Virus record (IMG/VR): IMGVR_UViG_3300020177_000966
DNA: 64,000 nucleotides
DNA from: a virus
Taxonomy: Duplodnaviria > Caudoviricetes
Direction: 5' to 3' (one strand)
Shown: in pieces, positions 1 through 8,990 of the stretch
How the letters are laid out: each line of letters starts with the position of its first letter
Numbering within the stretch: the first letter of the stretch is position 1
Notes under the pieces: model-generated
Database searches by the model: none
Told to the model about the DNA's origin: nothing
Seen by the model: the letters and a program-made list of their open reading frames with translations, nothing else
Program-made: the position numbers and the translations under genes

Positions 1-136
1 AAGTTGCAGGTTCGTTATGTGCTAAACCGTAGTTGTAAGTTAGTAAACAACTATGTACAATATCGCCAAACCCTGGACAACCGTAAGGCAAGTGTTTAAT
101 ACGAGTGCTCATGTATCTCATTACTACATGTTTCAT
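1..136 (-). CDS. Partial CDS (runs off window start); possible glycosyltransferase N-terminus
   Basis: Translated by hand: ATG at 136 overlaps the TGA of the upstream gene (ATGA). MKHVVMRYMSTRIKHLPYGCPGFGDIVHSCLL..., open to position 1. The GxGD motif resembles the N-terminal loop of GT-B fold transferases. Confidence 0.5.
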   Translation of the reverse strand, partial: MKHVVMRYMSTRIKHLPYGCPGFGDIVHSCLLTYNYGLAHNEPAT

Positions 137-918
137 TTTATTGATTCCATTAGTGCAGGTACATTTTCTCCGTGCGCTGGCAATAAATCTTTAAGGAAAA
201 AATGAACAAAGTATGCTTCGGGCAATCTTTTATCATCAATTCCTTTGTACAAACCATTCCATTTCCAATTCATATTAAGTGTAGGAATTTTTTCTTTTTT
301 AACCCACCAGTTTAGTAACATTTGATCCGTGGACCATTTACGATAGCCAACTCCATCGACAAAGTCTTTAAACTCGGGTCTACTTAAAAATTCCTTTGGT
401 GTTTGATCTTTTAGATATGGAAGAAACTTTTGACAATTAATTACCATTAATCCCATATTATAGAATTCAGCACCTAGTTCGTTCCATTTCCAGTCTACAT
501 CTGTACATGGTTCAAATGCAGACTTGCTGTATTTTTTAATTTTTGATTTGTATTTTTTTGCACACGGTAGTTCACGTTCTGCAACCGCGCCAAAGGCATA
601 TTCACTTGTTAGCTCTTCGAAAATATTTGGTGCTGTTGGTCTGATATAAATGTCGCTGTCTACAATTGCAACTTGGTCATATTTGTATAGATGCGAAAAT
701 GCATTTTCTTTTTCAAAAATTGGTAGATACCCGAGGCGTTCAACAGCTTCTTTACTGCGCCCGGTCCGTTCAATATCTGGTCTAATTTTTAAAATAGGTT
801 GTGTTTGAACTACATGATCAATATTGTATTTTGCACAATACTGTCTTACACTTTCAATACAATGCAAGTATAGTTTGCTTTGGGCACCAACTGCTACCTG
901 ATAAATCATACGCTTCAT
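133..918 (-). CDS. Glycosyltransferase, GT-A fold (GT8-like / nucleotide-diphospho-sugar transferase)
   Basis: DxD motif (VDSDIYI), YNMGLMVIN, DQMLLNWW, WKWNGLY and VHFF match GT8-like signatures. Confidence 0.75.
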   Translation of the reverse strand: MKRMIYQVAVGAQSKLYLHCIESVRQYCAKYNIDHVVQTQPILKIRPDIERTGRSKEAVERLGYLPIFEKENAFSHLYKYDQVAIVDSDIYIRPTAPNIFEELTSEYAFGAVAERELPCAKKYKSKIKKYSKSAFEPCTDVDWKWNELGAEFYNMGLMVINCQKFLPYLKDQTPKEFLSRPEFKDFVDGVGYRKWSTDQMLLNWWVKKEKIPTLNMNWKWNGLYKGIDDKRLPEAYFVHFFLKDLLPAHGENVPALMESIK

Positions 919-1487
919 GATAGATCCTTTGTAAAACTTACGTTTGTTTCATATGTGACTTTACTATACTTATCAAAGCGCATATCCACAATACCGTCGC
1001 ATAACATCCAGTCTGCTGGCATGACTCCATTAGTATGCACCCAGTCTAGTATCTTTTTTGCCCCAGTAGGCGTAATGCGATATGCTCTAGCACCTTCAAA
1101 CCAGTTACCTGCTGGTATAGGTTTTGCCTTGTTAAAGCCTTCAAATTTATATACATCACAATCTTCATATTCTCCCATTGGCTTTTTAAATACAACATCG
1201 TGCTCAAAAATACAAATAGGTGTATTAATGTTAACACACTTTTTCCATAAATTATATTGGCTTAAAAAGCATCCTTGTGTGCCAGGACGAGCTAATAGTC
1301 TTTTTGCTTTCTTATGCTCGATTGGATATAGATTATTTTGTTCGAGTGTATTAGTAGTACCTAATACACCTTCGTAGAGACTAATATTCCATCCATGTTC
1401 TCTACCTGTTTGTATCGCCCTATTTGCCATCTTGACACTAATAGGATATGATGGCAAGTAAATGACAAATCCATCATTTACTGCCAT
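915..1487 (-). CDS. Glycosyltransferase family 25-like (LPS biosynthesis type)
   Basis: FVIYL, GCFLSQYNLW, ICIFEHDVVF, GARAYRITPTGAKKIL and PADWML follow the GT25 pattern. Confidence 0.75.
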   Translation of the reverse strand: MAVNDGFVIYLPSYPISVKMANRAIQTGREHGWNISLYEGVLGTTNTLEQNNLYPIEHKKAKRLLARPGTQGCFLSQYNLWKKCVNINTPICIFEHDVVFKKPMGEYEDCDVYKFEGFNKAKPIPAGNWFEGARAYRITPTGAKKILDWVHTNGVMPADWMLCDGIVDMRFDKYSKVTYETNVSFTKDLS

Positions 1488-2337
1488 AATTTAACTCTCG
1501 TAATTCTTGTTCAATTTTAACTTTCCAATGATTTGGTAACCAACGTAGTTGAGCCGCTTTATAACGTTTGTCATTTTTCTTGCCGCCTTTACCTGTTGAA
1601 AAGATATCATCTTTTTTTAGACCCCAAGCATTCCACTTATATGGAATACTATGATAAGGTTTGTTTAATTCGTTATTCCATTGCGAGATAGTCTGCCTGA
1701 GAATATCTTGATCAATAAACCAATAACATCCGTCATCAAACCCTTGTTTCATGTTATCGCTAAACAATTTTCTAAAAAGTTGTCCGTCGTCATTGATTCC
1801 TAATGTTAACGCACTTGCAATAAACACATTTGTATCTTTTGGTTTAGGCATAATGCCAACGTGACAAGCAAGATTCATAAATGCTGATTGATGAAATCCG
1901 TTTCTTAAAATACTATCGCAGTCAATTTGAAAAACGTGTTGAGTTTTATTAGGAAATAATTCATCTAATCTCATAAATCTAACACTTGCAAGATAAGTTC
2001 TTCTTGCAATATAATCTAAATCAGAAGTCTTAAAAATATCAATGCCGTCTTTCATGCGCTTATGATTCTTTTTTAGATTAGTGTAAAATTTATTATCGAC
2101 ATCTTCCCATGTATACGTAAACTTATATTTGGATTGTAAATCATCTAACACAAGTTTATTCATGTTTCCTTCATTTATAATATGACAGTGTACGTGCATC
2201 CAACCTAGTGTTCTATTAATACTTTGTTGTAATGCAAATCCGTGTCGATCAAAATAATCGTAATCACAACTAAAGAATACAACACAGCTTTCACTTGCTG
2301 GCGTTAAACTTCCATATAATCTCGGTAACTCAAACAT
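1474..2337 (-). CDS. Putative glycosyltransferase-like protein
   Basis: QIDCDSIL (DxD) and WFIDQDIL motifs; lies in the GT cluster. Confidence 0.5.
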   Translation of the reverse strand: MFELPRLYGSLTPASESCVVFFSCDYDYFDRHGFALQQSINRTLGWMHVHCHIINEGNMNKLVLDDLQSKYKFTYTWEDVDNKFYTNLKKNHKRMKDGIDIFKTSDLDYIARRTYLASVRFMRLDELFPNKTQHVFQIDCDSILRNGFHQSAFMNLACHVGIMPKPKDTNVFIASALTLGINDDGQLFRKLFSDNMKQGFDDGCYWFIDQDILRQTISQWNNELNKPYHSIPYKWNAWGLKKDDIFSTGKGGKKNDKRYKAAQLRWLPNHWKVKIEQELRELNYGSK

Positions 2338-3004
2338 CTGGTGCCATTCCGGGTCGATAACCTATTACTGCATTTTTTTCGCCGCGGCCTATTTTTCTAA
2401 TCATTCTATATCCTAATGGACTTAAAATTTCTCTAATACTATTAGCATGATACCCATAACGTGTTGGGTGGTCTTTACATTCATATAAGATTATAGGCCT
2501 ACAACGTTCAATGGTTTTTATTCCGCCCATTGCTACAAACGGTTCATATCCCTCAGCATCAATTTTAATAAAATCTACATCTCGCAGATTAAAAAAATCT
2601 AAAGGTTTTACAGGAATTGAACCTGTACTGTTTGGACGAACGTGTGTACTGAAACTTTTATTTGTCGTGTTAATTTCAACAGTTTCTTCTATTGCTCCTA
2701 AACCAACAGGATATGTTGTAACATTATCAACTTTTCTAACAGCAAGATTATGTTTCATACAGTTGTAAATCTGAGGATTAATTTCAAATGCATGAACGTG
2801 TTCAAAACTTTTTGCCATTTGATATGCTGTAATACCTACATGAGCTCCTACATCAACGGCAACTCGCCATTTTGCACACGAGCTCATTGCTGTTGCAAGT
2901 TCTAAGTTTTGATAGTTATTAATGTTACCTGCGCCTTGCTTTTTAGCAGACTTTAAACAAATGTCACCTTCAATACTTCTCCATCCATCAATTTCTACAT
3001 ACAT
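2330..3004 (-). CDS. FkbM-family SAM-dependent methyltransferase
   Basis: VDVGAHVG (motif I), VHAFEINP, DFIKIDAEGYE, RPIILYE. Confidence 0.85.
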   Translation of the reverse strand: MYVEIDGWRSIEGDICLKSAKKQGAGNINNYQNLELATAMSSCAKWRVAVDVGAHVGITAYQMAKSFEHVHAFEINPQIYNCMKHNLAVRKVDNVTTYPVGLGAIEETVEINTTNKSFSTHVRPNSTGSIPVKPLDFFNLRDVDFIKIDAEGYEPFVAMGGIKTIERCRPIILYECKDHPTRYGYHANSIREILSPLGYRMIRKIGRGEKNAVIGYRPGMAPDV

Positions 3005-3005
3005 A

Positions 3006-3776
3006 TTATTTTACCTGATATTTAAATGTGCATTTCCATGCAGTTCCGCTTGCAAATTCATTTCTTGAAAATTGACTCCATGCAATATGTTCAAGCATTT
3101 CTGAACGATCAAAATTAGTTTGTCCTTGCCAGTGTTCTACAGCACTTTGACCTAGTATTTTTATTGGCTTTCCTAAACATAGTGCTTCAACTGCCGCCAT
3201 ACTATGGTATGTGATTACTTGTTTTGCATTAGACATCAACGGCAAAACTTCTTTAAATCTTTGTCTACGCTTACCTTCTTTTTCTCTAATAACTAATTTA
3301 GTTGGTTGACTCTCATAATACTGTATAGTATCTCGTCTCCAGGTATCATAATCCTGTCCCAAGTATTTAAAAATATTACTATTGTTGGGCATTACTAAAA
3401 GATTATATTCTCCAATTGGATTCCAGTCTTGCCATAAGTTATCGTCAAATTCTAAAAATTCGCGCCGACTATGCGGTACAGGACAAGGCTTTGTATTTTG
3501 TAATGAGTTGTAACTGATTCGATAATAGAACGGAGTCTTGTGTCTATGATTGCCAATATAACCATTATCAATATGAAAGAAATTTAATTTAGGATTAGCT
3601 CGAATAGCATCAAATACCCAATCATCAAAAGGATGACTAAATGCAAGAAATCGATCTTCTTGTATTTCTTGAGGAGATTCTATTGTTATTGTATCGCACA
3701 TTCTGTACAAATACGTAAAAAGTTGTCCTCTTACTTCTTTTGAATTTTTAGGTACCTGAAACTTATATTGATGCAT
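3006..3776 (-). CDS. Putative polysaccharide-modifying GT-B-like protein (capsule biosynthesis KpsC/KpsS-like C-terminus)
   Basis: VITYHSMAAVEALCLGKPI motif is typical of this group. Start placed at ATG 3776 (MHQYKF), overlapping the uvsY stop; the ORF track starts at 3791. Confidence 0.5.
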   Translation of the reverse strand: MHQYKFQVPKNSKEVRGQLFTYLYRMCDTITIESPQEIQEDRFLAFSHPFDDWVFDAIRANPKLNFFHIDNGYIGNHRHKTPFYYRISYNSLQNTKPCPVPHSRREFLEFDDNLWQDWNPIGEYNLLVMPNNSNIFKYLGQDYDTWRRDTIQYYESQPTKLVIREKEGKRRQRFKEVLPLMSNAKQVITYHSMAAVEALCLGKPIKILGQSAVEHWQGQTNFDRSEMLEHIAWSQFSRNEFASGTAWKCTFKYQVK

Positions 3777-4224
3777 CTTCCATGCCCGCAACTCTTAGTT
3801 TAACGACATTGGTAATTTGCCATTGTTTTTGATCAAGTGCTTTTAACACACCTAACCATTTGTTCCGCATAAGTGCAAACTCGTTAATAATCTTTTCATA
3901 GTCAACTACGTCTGTTTCACCGTCAACGTATTTTTCAACGTCACGACTAGATAGAGCTCGCTGATAATTTTCAAGATATTTTTTAAAATATGAGCTACGC
4001 AATCTGCGTAGCTCAATATTTAGGTAATTAAGGATTGCTTCAATTTCTTGAAGTTGATTAAACCGATGCTCAACAATGCCAGGCATTTCCGCCGCGGCTC
4101 GTTCTACATTGCCTGATAACTTACACTCATGCCTAGCTTTCACTAATTCAGTTTCAAAGTATGCAATCGCATCTGGAATCTTATTAATGTTACGGCTAAC
4201 TTCGCTGTACCATCCCATAATCAT
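3763..4224 (-). CDS. uvsY: UvsY-like recombination mediator protein
   Basis: Helical 150-aa protein with KKYLENYQRALSSRDVEKYVDGE and LKALDQKQWQITNVVKLRVAGMED; two genes downstream of uvsX. Confidence 0.85.
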   Translation of the reverse strand: MIMGWYSEVSRNINKIPDAIAYFETELVKARHECKLSGNVERAAAEMPGIVEHRFNQLQEIEAILNYLNIELRRLRSSYFKKYLENYQRALSSRDVEKYVDGETDVVDYEKIINEFALMRNKWLGVLKALDQKQWQITNVVKLRVAGMEDASI

Positions 4225-4454
4225 TCATCCCAGCCGTCATCTTCGACATCATAATCATCTGGTTCTTCATCTAAGTAGTAAGAGATTGCACTATCTAAGA
4301 TATCACATGCTCCCATTGAGTCTCTAAAATGTGTATCGTCTGCACCGTAATCTGCACATACATCTACAAATCTTTCGGCTACAGTTTCGATCTGTTTTTT
4401 ATCAACTGCTTCTTTAAACGTATTCCAAATGTCAACGATTAAACCACTGTCCAT
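4221..4454 (-). CDS. Small acidic hypothetical protein
   Basis: 77 aa, coupled between uvsX and uvsY, acidic C-terminus. Confidence 0.7.
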   Translation of the reverse strand: MDSGLIVDIWNTFKEAVDKKQIETVAERFVDVCADYGADDTHFRDSMGACDILDSAISYYLDEEPDDYDVEDDGWDE

Positions 4455-4457
4455 ATA

Positions 4458-5543
4458 TTACTCCTGTTCTGTAATTTCAATTTCAACATCGTCATCAACG
4501 ATGTCATCTTGGGTATTTACCACAGGAGTCATTTTCTCGTTATATTCCGACATAATTAAATCCATCTTCTCAGGAGACATCCATGCCTTACGATAATCAA
4601 GATGTTCATTGCCGGCTAAGTCAACATACTTGAGTCGATTGCCTTGCTTTTCTAACAAGCCTTTTTTCTCAAATAATTCAATAAGACCGCTATAAGGATT
4701 CATACCAGTTTCATAAGGAATCTTAACCTGCACACCTTCGAACGGTTTTGCATAGCGTGTCTTCATTACTTTACAACCAGCACGGATACCCATAACATCT
4801 GAGATCTTGTTGCCGTCTTCGTCTTCTTTAAGTTTCAACTTCTTCATTGCAACTACAATCGAACTTGCATAGATAAAGCCTGAACCACCTGAAATCTTGT
4901 CATCTGGGTCAAACATATCTTGCGATGCATATGTGTGATTAGTACACACTAGTCCAACGTTCAACGAGCCAATCATGTTAACAGTATTACGTACAAGTGA
5001 TGTTAGTGCTTTAGGCTTACGACCCATATCACCTTTCATATCACCTTTGTTAAACTGATCAACATCTGTAGGCGTTAGCAACATACCTAGTGAGTCAATT
5101 ACAAACAATACTTTAGGACGGTCTTCTTCCGCCATTGCTTTGTAGTCTGTAATAAATGTTGAAATGGTTTTTGCTACATCGTCAATCATTGACATATTAA
5201 GTTTAAGAAGTTTTTCTTCACTTGTGTCAACTTCGAGAGCCTGTAGCCATGCTTCATCAAGTGCGTTCTCTGAGTCAATTAGTACTACAAAGATGCCTTG
5301 ATCTTGTGCGTGTTTTACAATGTTACCTGAGCAAAAGTAAGATTTACCTGCTCCTGATTCACCTGCAAACACAGTTACCTTACCAAGCGGAACACCTTTA
5401 TGAAAGTCTCCTGAGATAAGATAGTTTAATGCATATGATCCTGTTGAAATCCAATCAGTAGGATCGTTAAATCCAGCACTCATGCCTGAGATACTTTTAG
5501 TCAAGTCCTTGCGGAACTTACTAACATCAAATGATTTAGCCAT
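4458..5543 (-). CDS. uvsX: UvsX/RecA-like recombinase
   Basis: Walker A GESGAGKS, IDSENALD, Walker B LFVIDSLG, GGSGFIYASS; GGAG Shine-Dalgarno upstream. Confidence 0.95.
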   Translation of the reverse strand: MAKSFDVSKFRKDLTKSISGMSAGFNDPTDWISTGSYALNYLISGDFHKGVPLGKVTVFAGESGAGKSYFCSGNIVKHAQDQGIFVVLIDSENALDEAWLQALEVDTSEEKLLKLNMSMIDDVAKTISTFITDYKAMAEEDRPKVLFVIDSLGMLLTPTDVDQFNKGDMKGDMGRKPKALTSLVRNTVNMIGSLNVGLVCTNHTYASQDMFDPDDKISGGSGFIYASSIVVAMKKLKLKEDEDGNKISDVMGIRAGCKVMKTRYAKPFEGVQVKIPYETGMNPYSGLIELFEKKGLLEKQGNRLKYVDLAGNEHLDYRKAWMSPEKMDLIMSEYNEKMTPVVNTQDDIVDDDVEIEITEQE

Positions 5544-5570
5544 TGTTTCTCCTATATTAAAGTTAGAAAG

Positions 5571-5606
5571 TGCCCCCAGGCTGCCTATATAGCAAGCCTA
5601 GGGGTG
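5571..5606 (-). terminator. GC-rich stem-loop between gp32 and uvsX (weak terminator, or mRNA processing/stability hairpin)
   Basis: Minus strand CACCCCTAGGCTTGCTATATAGGCAGCCTGGGGGCA forms a long stem, followed by an imperfect U tract (CTTTCTAACTTT). Confidence 0.5.
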
Positions 5607-5614
5607 TTGTTATC

Positions 5615-6598
5615 TTATTGCGATTGACGTGCTCTAATCATTGACAGAATATCTTCTGCCTTGTTTTCAGTCTTAGGTGCTTCCTCTGTTGCAGGCGCTA
5701 CTTCAGCTACTGGTGCTGGAGTTGCTTCTGCTGTTGGAGTAGGTGCTGCCTGAGATGCTACTGGAGCCGGAGTACTTGCCGCAGGAGTGTTTGGATCACC
5801 TGTACGCTGTGCCATACCTGCTGGACGGAAGTATTGACCCCAACGATCCATGTCAAATGCTTCACCGTCTACTGACGCTTCAAACATTTCTTTCATCACT
5901 TTAATTTCAACTTCACCTGGTTTCTTTGGAAGGAAGTCTGACAAATTAAACAATCCATGTGTATTGATTGCATTCATTTCAGCATCACCTAATGGACGCT
6001 CTCTACGAGCCCAATTTGATGTGCCATAGTCAGCATAGCCGCCTTTAGATGTCTTATTAAGACGGAAGTCTACACCAGCAGTGTAATCTGTTGGTAATTC
6101 TTCCATGTCTGGATCCATAAGTGCCGCTTTAATAGTTTGGAAAATTTGTGGTCCAATGATAAATCTACGGATTGGATTTTCTGGAGTTGTATCCTCTGAC
6201 AAAGGATTGTCAGTTACAAAACCTTGGAATACGTATGAACGTTTTTTCCAATATTTACGACCCATGTCTTCTAGACTAGGATCCTTAAACCAACCTCGAA
6301 CTTCGTTTAGAATTTCACAAGTTTCGCCATACATTTCCATACATGGAATTTGTACTTGCACAGGACGCGAATCAGTCTGACCTTTTACACCTGCAAAAGG
6401 AAGTTTGATCATCAAACGTTCTTTCCAGAAGAAAGTGTTTGTATCGTCGCCATCTGGAAGGAAACGGAACGTTGCGCTCTCGCCTTCTTTGATATTCCAA
6501 AATGGGTAAATTGCGTTGTCGCCACCTGATGAGCGGTTGTTGCCTGTGCCGGCTTCTTGTTCTTTGAGCTTTGCTCGGATTTCTGCTAATGATGCCAT
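5615..6598 (-). CDS. gp32: Single-stranded DNA-binding protein, T4 gp32-like
   Basis: IRFLP-type motif (FRFLPDGDD), YWKKRSY, GVDFRLNK, GYADYGTSNW, Ala/Pro-rich linker near the C-terminus; GGAGG SD; upstream of uvsX. Confidence 0.9.
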   Translation of the reverse strand: MASLAEIRAKLKEQEAGTGNNRSSGGDNAIYPFWNIKEGESATFRFLPDGDDTNTFFWKERLMIKLPFAGVKGQTDSRPVQVQIPCMEMYGETCEILNEVRGWFKDPSLEDMGRKYWKKRSYVFQGFVTDNPLSEDTTPENPIRRFIIGPQIFQTIKAALMDPDMEELPTDYTAGVDFRLNKTSKGGYADYGTSNWARRERPLGDAEMNAINTHGLFNLSDFLPKKPGEVEIKVMKEMFEASVDGEAFDMDRWGQYFRPAGMAQRTGDPNTPAASTPAPVASQAAPTPTAEATPAPVAEVAPATEEAPKTENKAEDILSMIRARQSQ

Positions 6599-6685
6599 AG
6601 TTAATGCCTCCTAAATGTTAATGCCTATGTGCAAGAGTAACATTATTGCTACTCTTTGTGCCTTTTTTTGTATAGCACAGTTACT

Positions 6686-6714
6686 ACTATACAGTCTTAC
6701 TTATATAAAGTCAA
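6686..6714 (-). promoter_or_regulatory. Sigma70-type (early/middle) promoter of the gp32-uvsX-uvsY-GT operon
   Basis: Minus strand TTGACT-N17-TATAGT (-35 at 6714-6709, -10 at 6691-6686). Confidence 0.8.
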
Positions 6715-6741
6715 GTATTATTTTGACTTTTTTGAAAAAAT

Positions 6742-8979
6742 TTATCGTACGCCTGCTAGATGCTGAATACGAGCCATTTCTTCGTCTTGCCCGCTCACTA
6801 ATTGTGACATTACTGATTGAGCTTCATCTACAGCATGATCACCATACTGTTTTTGAACTTGTGTTAATACTGCTGTTTCACCTTTTGGAAAACTATTGCG
6901 AGTATAATCATACATACTTTTAACAAACTCTTCAAGCGGAACATCGTTGTTCGTTTCGCTTCTCTTGTTCATCTTGTCTTCGATACCTTCTTTTTCGTCT
7001 TTGCCGCCAAACAAGTACCCTAATAATTTAGAACCGCCAAAAATTGCCGCAATTACTAGTCCTACTGGGAGGGCATATTTTGCTGCCATTGCACCAATTT
7101 CGCCAATATTTGGAACCATTCCTGCTAGTTGATCTCCTAGAGCCGCTGTTAAGTCACCTGCTGATGTTACAATTTTATCACCAGCTGCCGCAATAGCATC
7201 ACCTGCCGCGCCCATTAATTGATCGCCTGCTAAGTATGCTCCGCCGCCAATTGCTCCAACAGTGCCAGCTGCCTTAGCCGCAGGCTGTACTACGTTTCTA
7301 CCAACTGCTCCAGCTGTTGCTGCCGCGCCTTTACCGATTGCTTGTCCAGTAGTTCTTGCCGCTTGGCCCACTGCTGGTGCCGCTGCCTGAGCCGCTGTTC
7401 TTGCACCTTGGGCCGCTTTGCTTGCTCCGGACGTTGCCGCGCGAGCAATGTCATCTAGTCCTTGTCTTGCGCCTGCACCAACGGATGGTAAAAGTTTTGC
7501 CGCGCCTTGTGCAATCCATCTTAGTGGATTTTCAGCAAGTACTTGTTCTGCCAATTTACTATCCATGTTAACTGTAATTGTTTTATTATTAAAATTAAAT
7601 TCTTTTAAACCAACAATTGACGAAATTGCCATTTGTTCTTTAAACATTTCAAATTGTTTTGTTTTTTCCATAGTAGGATCCTTCTCGTGTTTCGCATTAC
7701 TAATAATTGACTCTAAATGTGCCTCGTATGCACTTTCCATATCGTATTGTCCGTGATCCCAATCATCACCGCCATGTAGATCTTGATACTCGTCATATGA
7801 ACTAGGTTGTCCGTCGTCATCATCCTCGCCGCCCATGCCTGCTAGATCGTCAAAAACTTCACCTTCAAAATTTCTGTCGTTCATGTACTTACCATAGCCC
7901 ATGTCAATCATCATATCATGAATTTTGTCTTCGTCTTCGACGCTATTATAACGCACACCTTGGTCAAACAATTCTCTTGCAACTTGATTAGCAAGGTCGT
8001 CTCTTTCGCCTAATAGTTCATCTGGACCAATTTCTTCAACTTTGTTTGCTTCACTTACTAGTTTATAGATATAAGGAAATACACCTTTTAATTCTTCGTT
8101 AAACTGTTTAATAGTTAATTCATCAATCCAAGTATTTGAAACATCTTCTGGAACATCTTCTAGCACGGCTGTTTTAAAAGTACTAACACTTTCTTTATAG
8201 AAGTTTTCTCTTTGAAGCATTTCAACAGTCTTTTTAACTGTATTAAGTCTTTCATTAACTATATCCATATACCCTAGTAAGCCTTCTGCCATTACACTTG
8301 AGCGATTCATGTATGTTTTAAATTTACGTAGGTTTACTAGTTCTTCAGAAAGTCCTGTAATATGTTTACCAAAGTCATCGTAAGGTGTTCCGCCTTCCGC
8401 AACGTGTCTTGTCATTGCTCTTGCACCGTTTAGATGACGATAAGGATATTTAAATCTCTCTCCGCCGTCACTTTCGATATAAATGCTATGTACGTTTTGT
8501 GTACGTCCTGCGGCATTTTCGTGGTTAACTGGGCCAGCATGTTTTACTACCATTCTTGCTGTTCCTACGTCTTGGTAACTAGTTCTACTAGTACCATACA
8601 TCTTTGATTCGCTCATTTGTTTCTCCGTGCTAAGGTATTCATAATCTCGTTTATCTAAGTTTGATTTATTAATATCTCTTGTATCAAAATTAAGCATTCT
8701 CTTCTTTGCAAATTGTCTTAACTCTTTTAAAAAATCAAACCATTTATCTTTTAAAACATTCTCATCTTCGCCAAAAAGATTTTTACTATACATAATAGTT
8801 AAATCTTTTTCATTCAATGATATATTTACTTTTTTACCGCTTGCAAAAGTAAATTCAAAAAATCTACCTGTATTAGGCTGATTAGTAATAGTGGCACTTT
8901 CATCGCCCACTGTTACACTAGGAAATCTACCCCTAATCTTATTAAATAATTCTTCTGCAACTGTATCAAGGTTTTTCAT
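6742..8979 (-). CDS. Large hypothetical protein (probable virion/head-associated) with Ala/Gly-rich and hydrophobic C-terminal region
   Basis: 745-aa ORF directly downstream of the terminase, preceded by a TAAATA late-promoter core. Confidence 0.6.
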   Translation of the reverse strand: MKNLDTVAEELFNKIRGRFPSVTVGDESATITNQPNTGRFFEFTFASGKKVNISLNEKDLTIMYSKNLFGEDENVLKDKWFDFLKELRQFAKKRMLNFDTRDINKSNLDKRDYEYLSTEKQMSESKMYGTSRTSYQDVGTARMVVKHAGPVNHENAAGRTQNVHSIYIESDGGERFKYPYRHLNGARAMTRHVAEGGTPYDDFGKHITGLSEELVNLRKFKTYMNRSSVMAEGLLGYMDIVNERLNTVKKTVEMLQRENFYKESVSTFKTAVLEDVPEDVSNTWIDELTIKQFNEELKGVFPYIYKLVSEANKVEEIGPDELLGERDDLANQVARELFDQGVRYNSVEDEDKIHDMMIDMGYGKYMNDRNFEGEVFDDLAGMGGEDDDDGQPSSYDEYQDLHGGDDWDHGQYDMESAYEAHLESIISNAKHEKDPTMEKTKQFEMFKEQMAISSIVGLKEFNFNNKTITVNMDSKLAEQVLAENPLRWIAQGAAKLLPSVGAGARQGLDDIARAATSGASKAAQGARTAAQAAAPAVGQAARTTGQAIGKGAAATAGAVGRNVVQPAAKAAGTVGAIGGGAYLAGDQLMGAAGDAIAAAGDKIVTSAGDLTAALGDQLAGMVPNIGEIGAMAAKYALPVGLVIAAIFGGSKLLGYLFGGKDEKEGIEDKMNKRSETNNDVPLEEFVKSMYDYTRNSFPKGETAVLTQVQKQYGDHAVDEAQSVMSQLVSGQDEEMARIQHLAGVR

Positions 8980-8984
8980 ATTAA

Positions 8985-8990
8985 TATTTA
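8985..8990 (-). promoter_or_regulatory. T4-like late promoter core (GATAAATA), 5 nt before ATG
   Basis: TAAATA-TTAAT-ATG(8979); overlaps the terminase stop codon; no SD. Confidence 0.6.

Noticed and set aside
6615-6923. 102-aa + strand ORF spanning the gp32 upstream region
   Set aside because: It overlaps the gp32 promoter/leader and the 3' end of the 745-aa gene; low-complexity, no motif.
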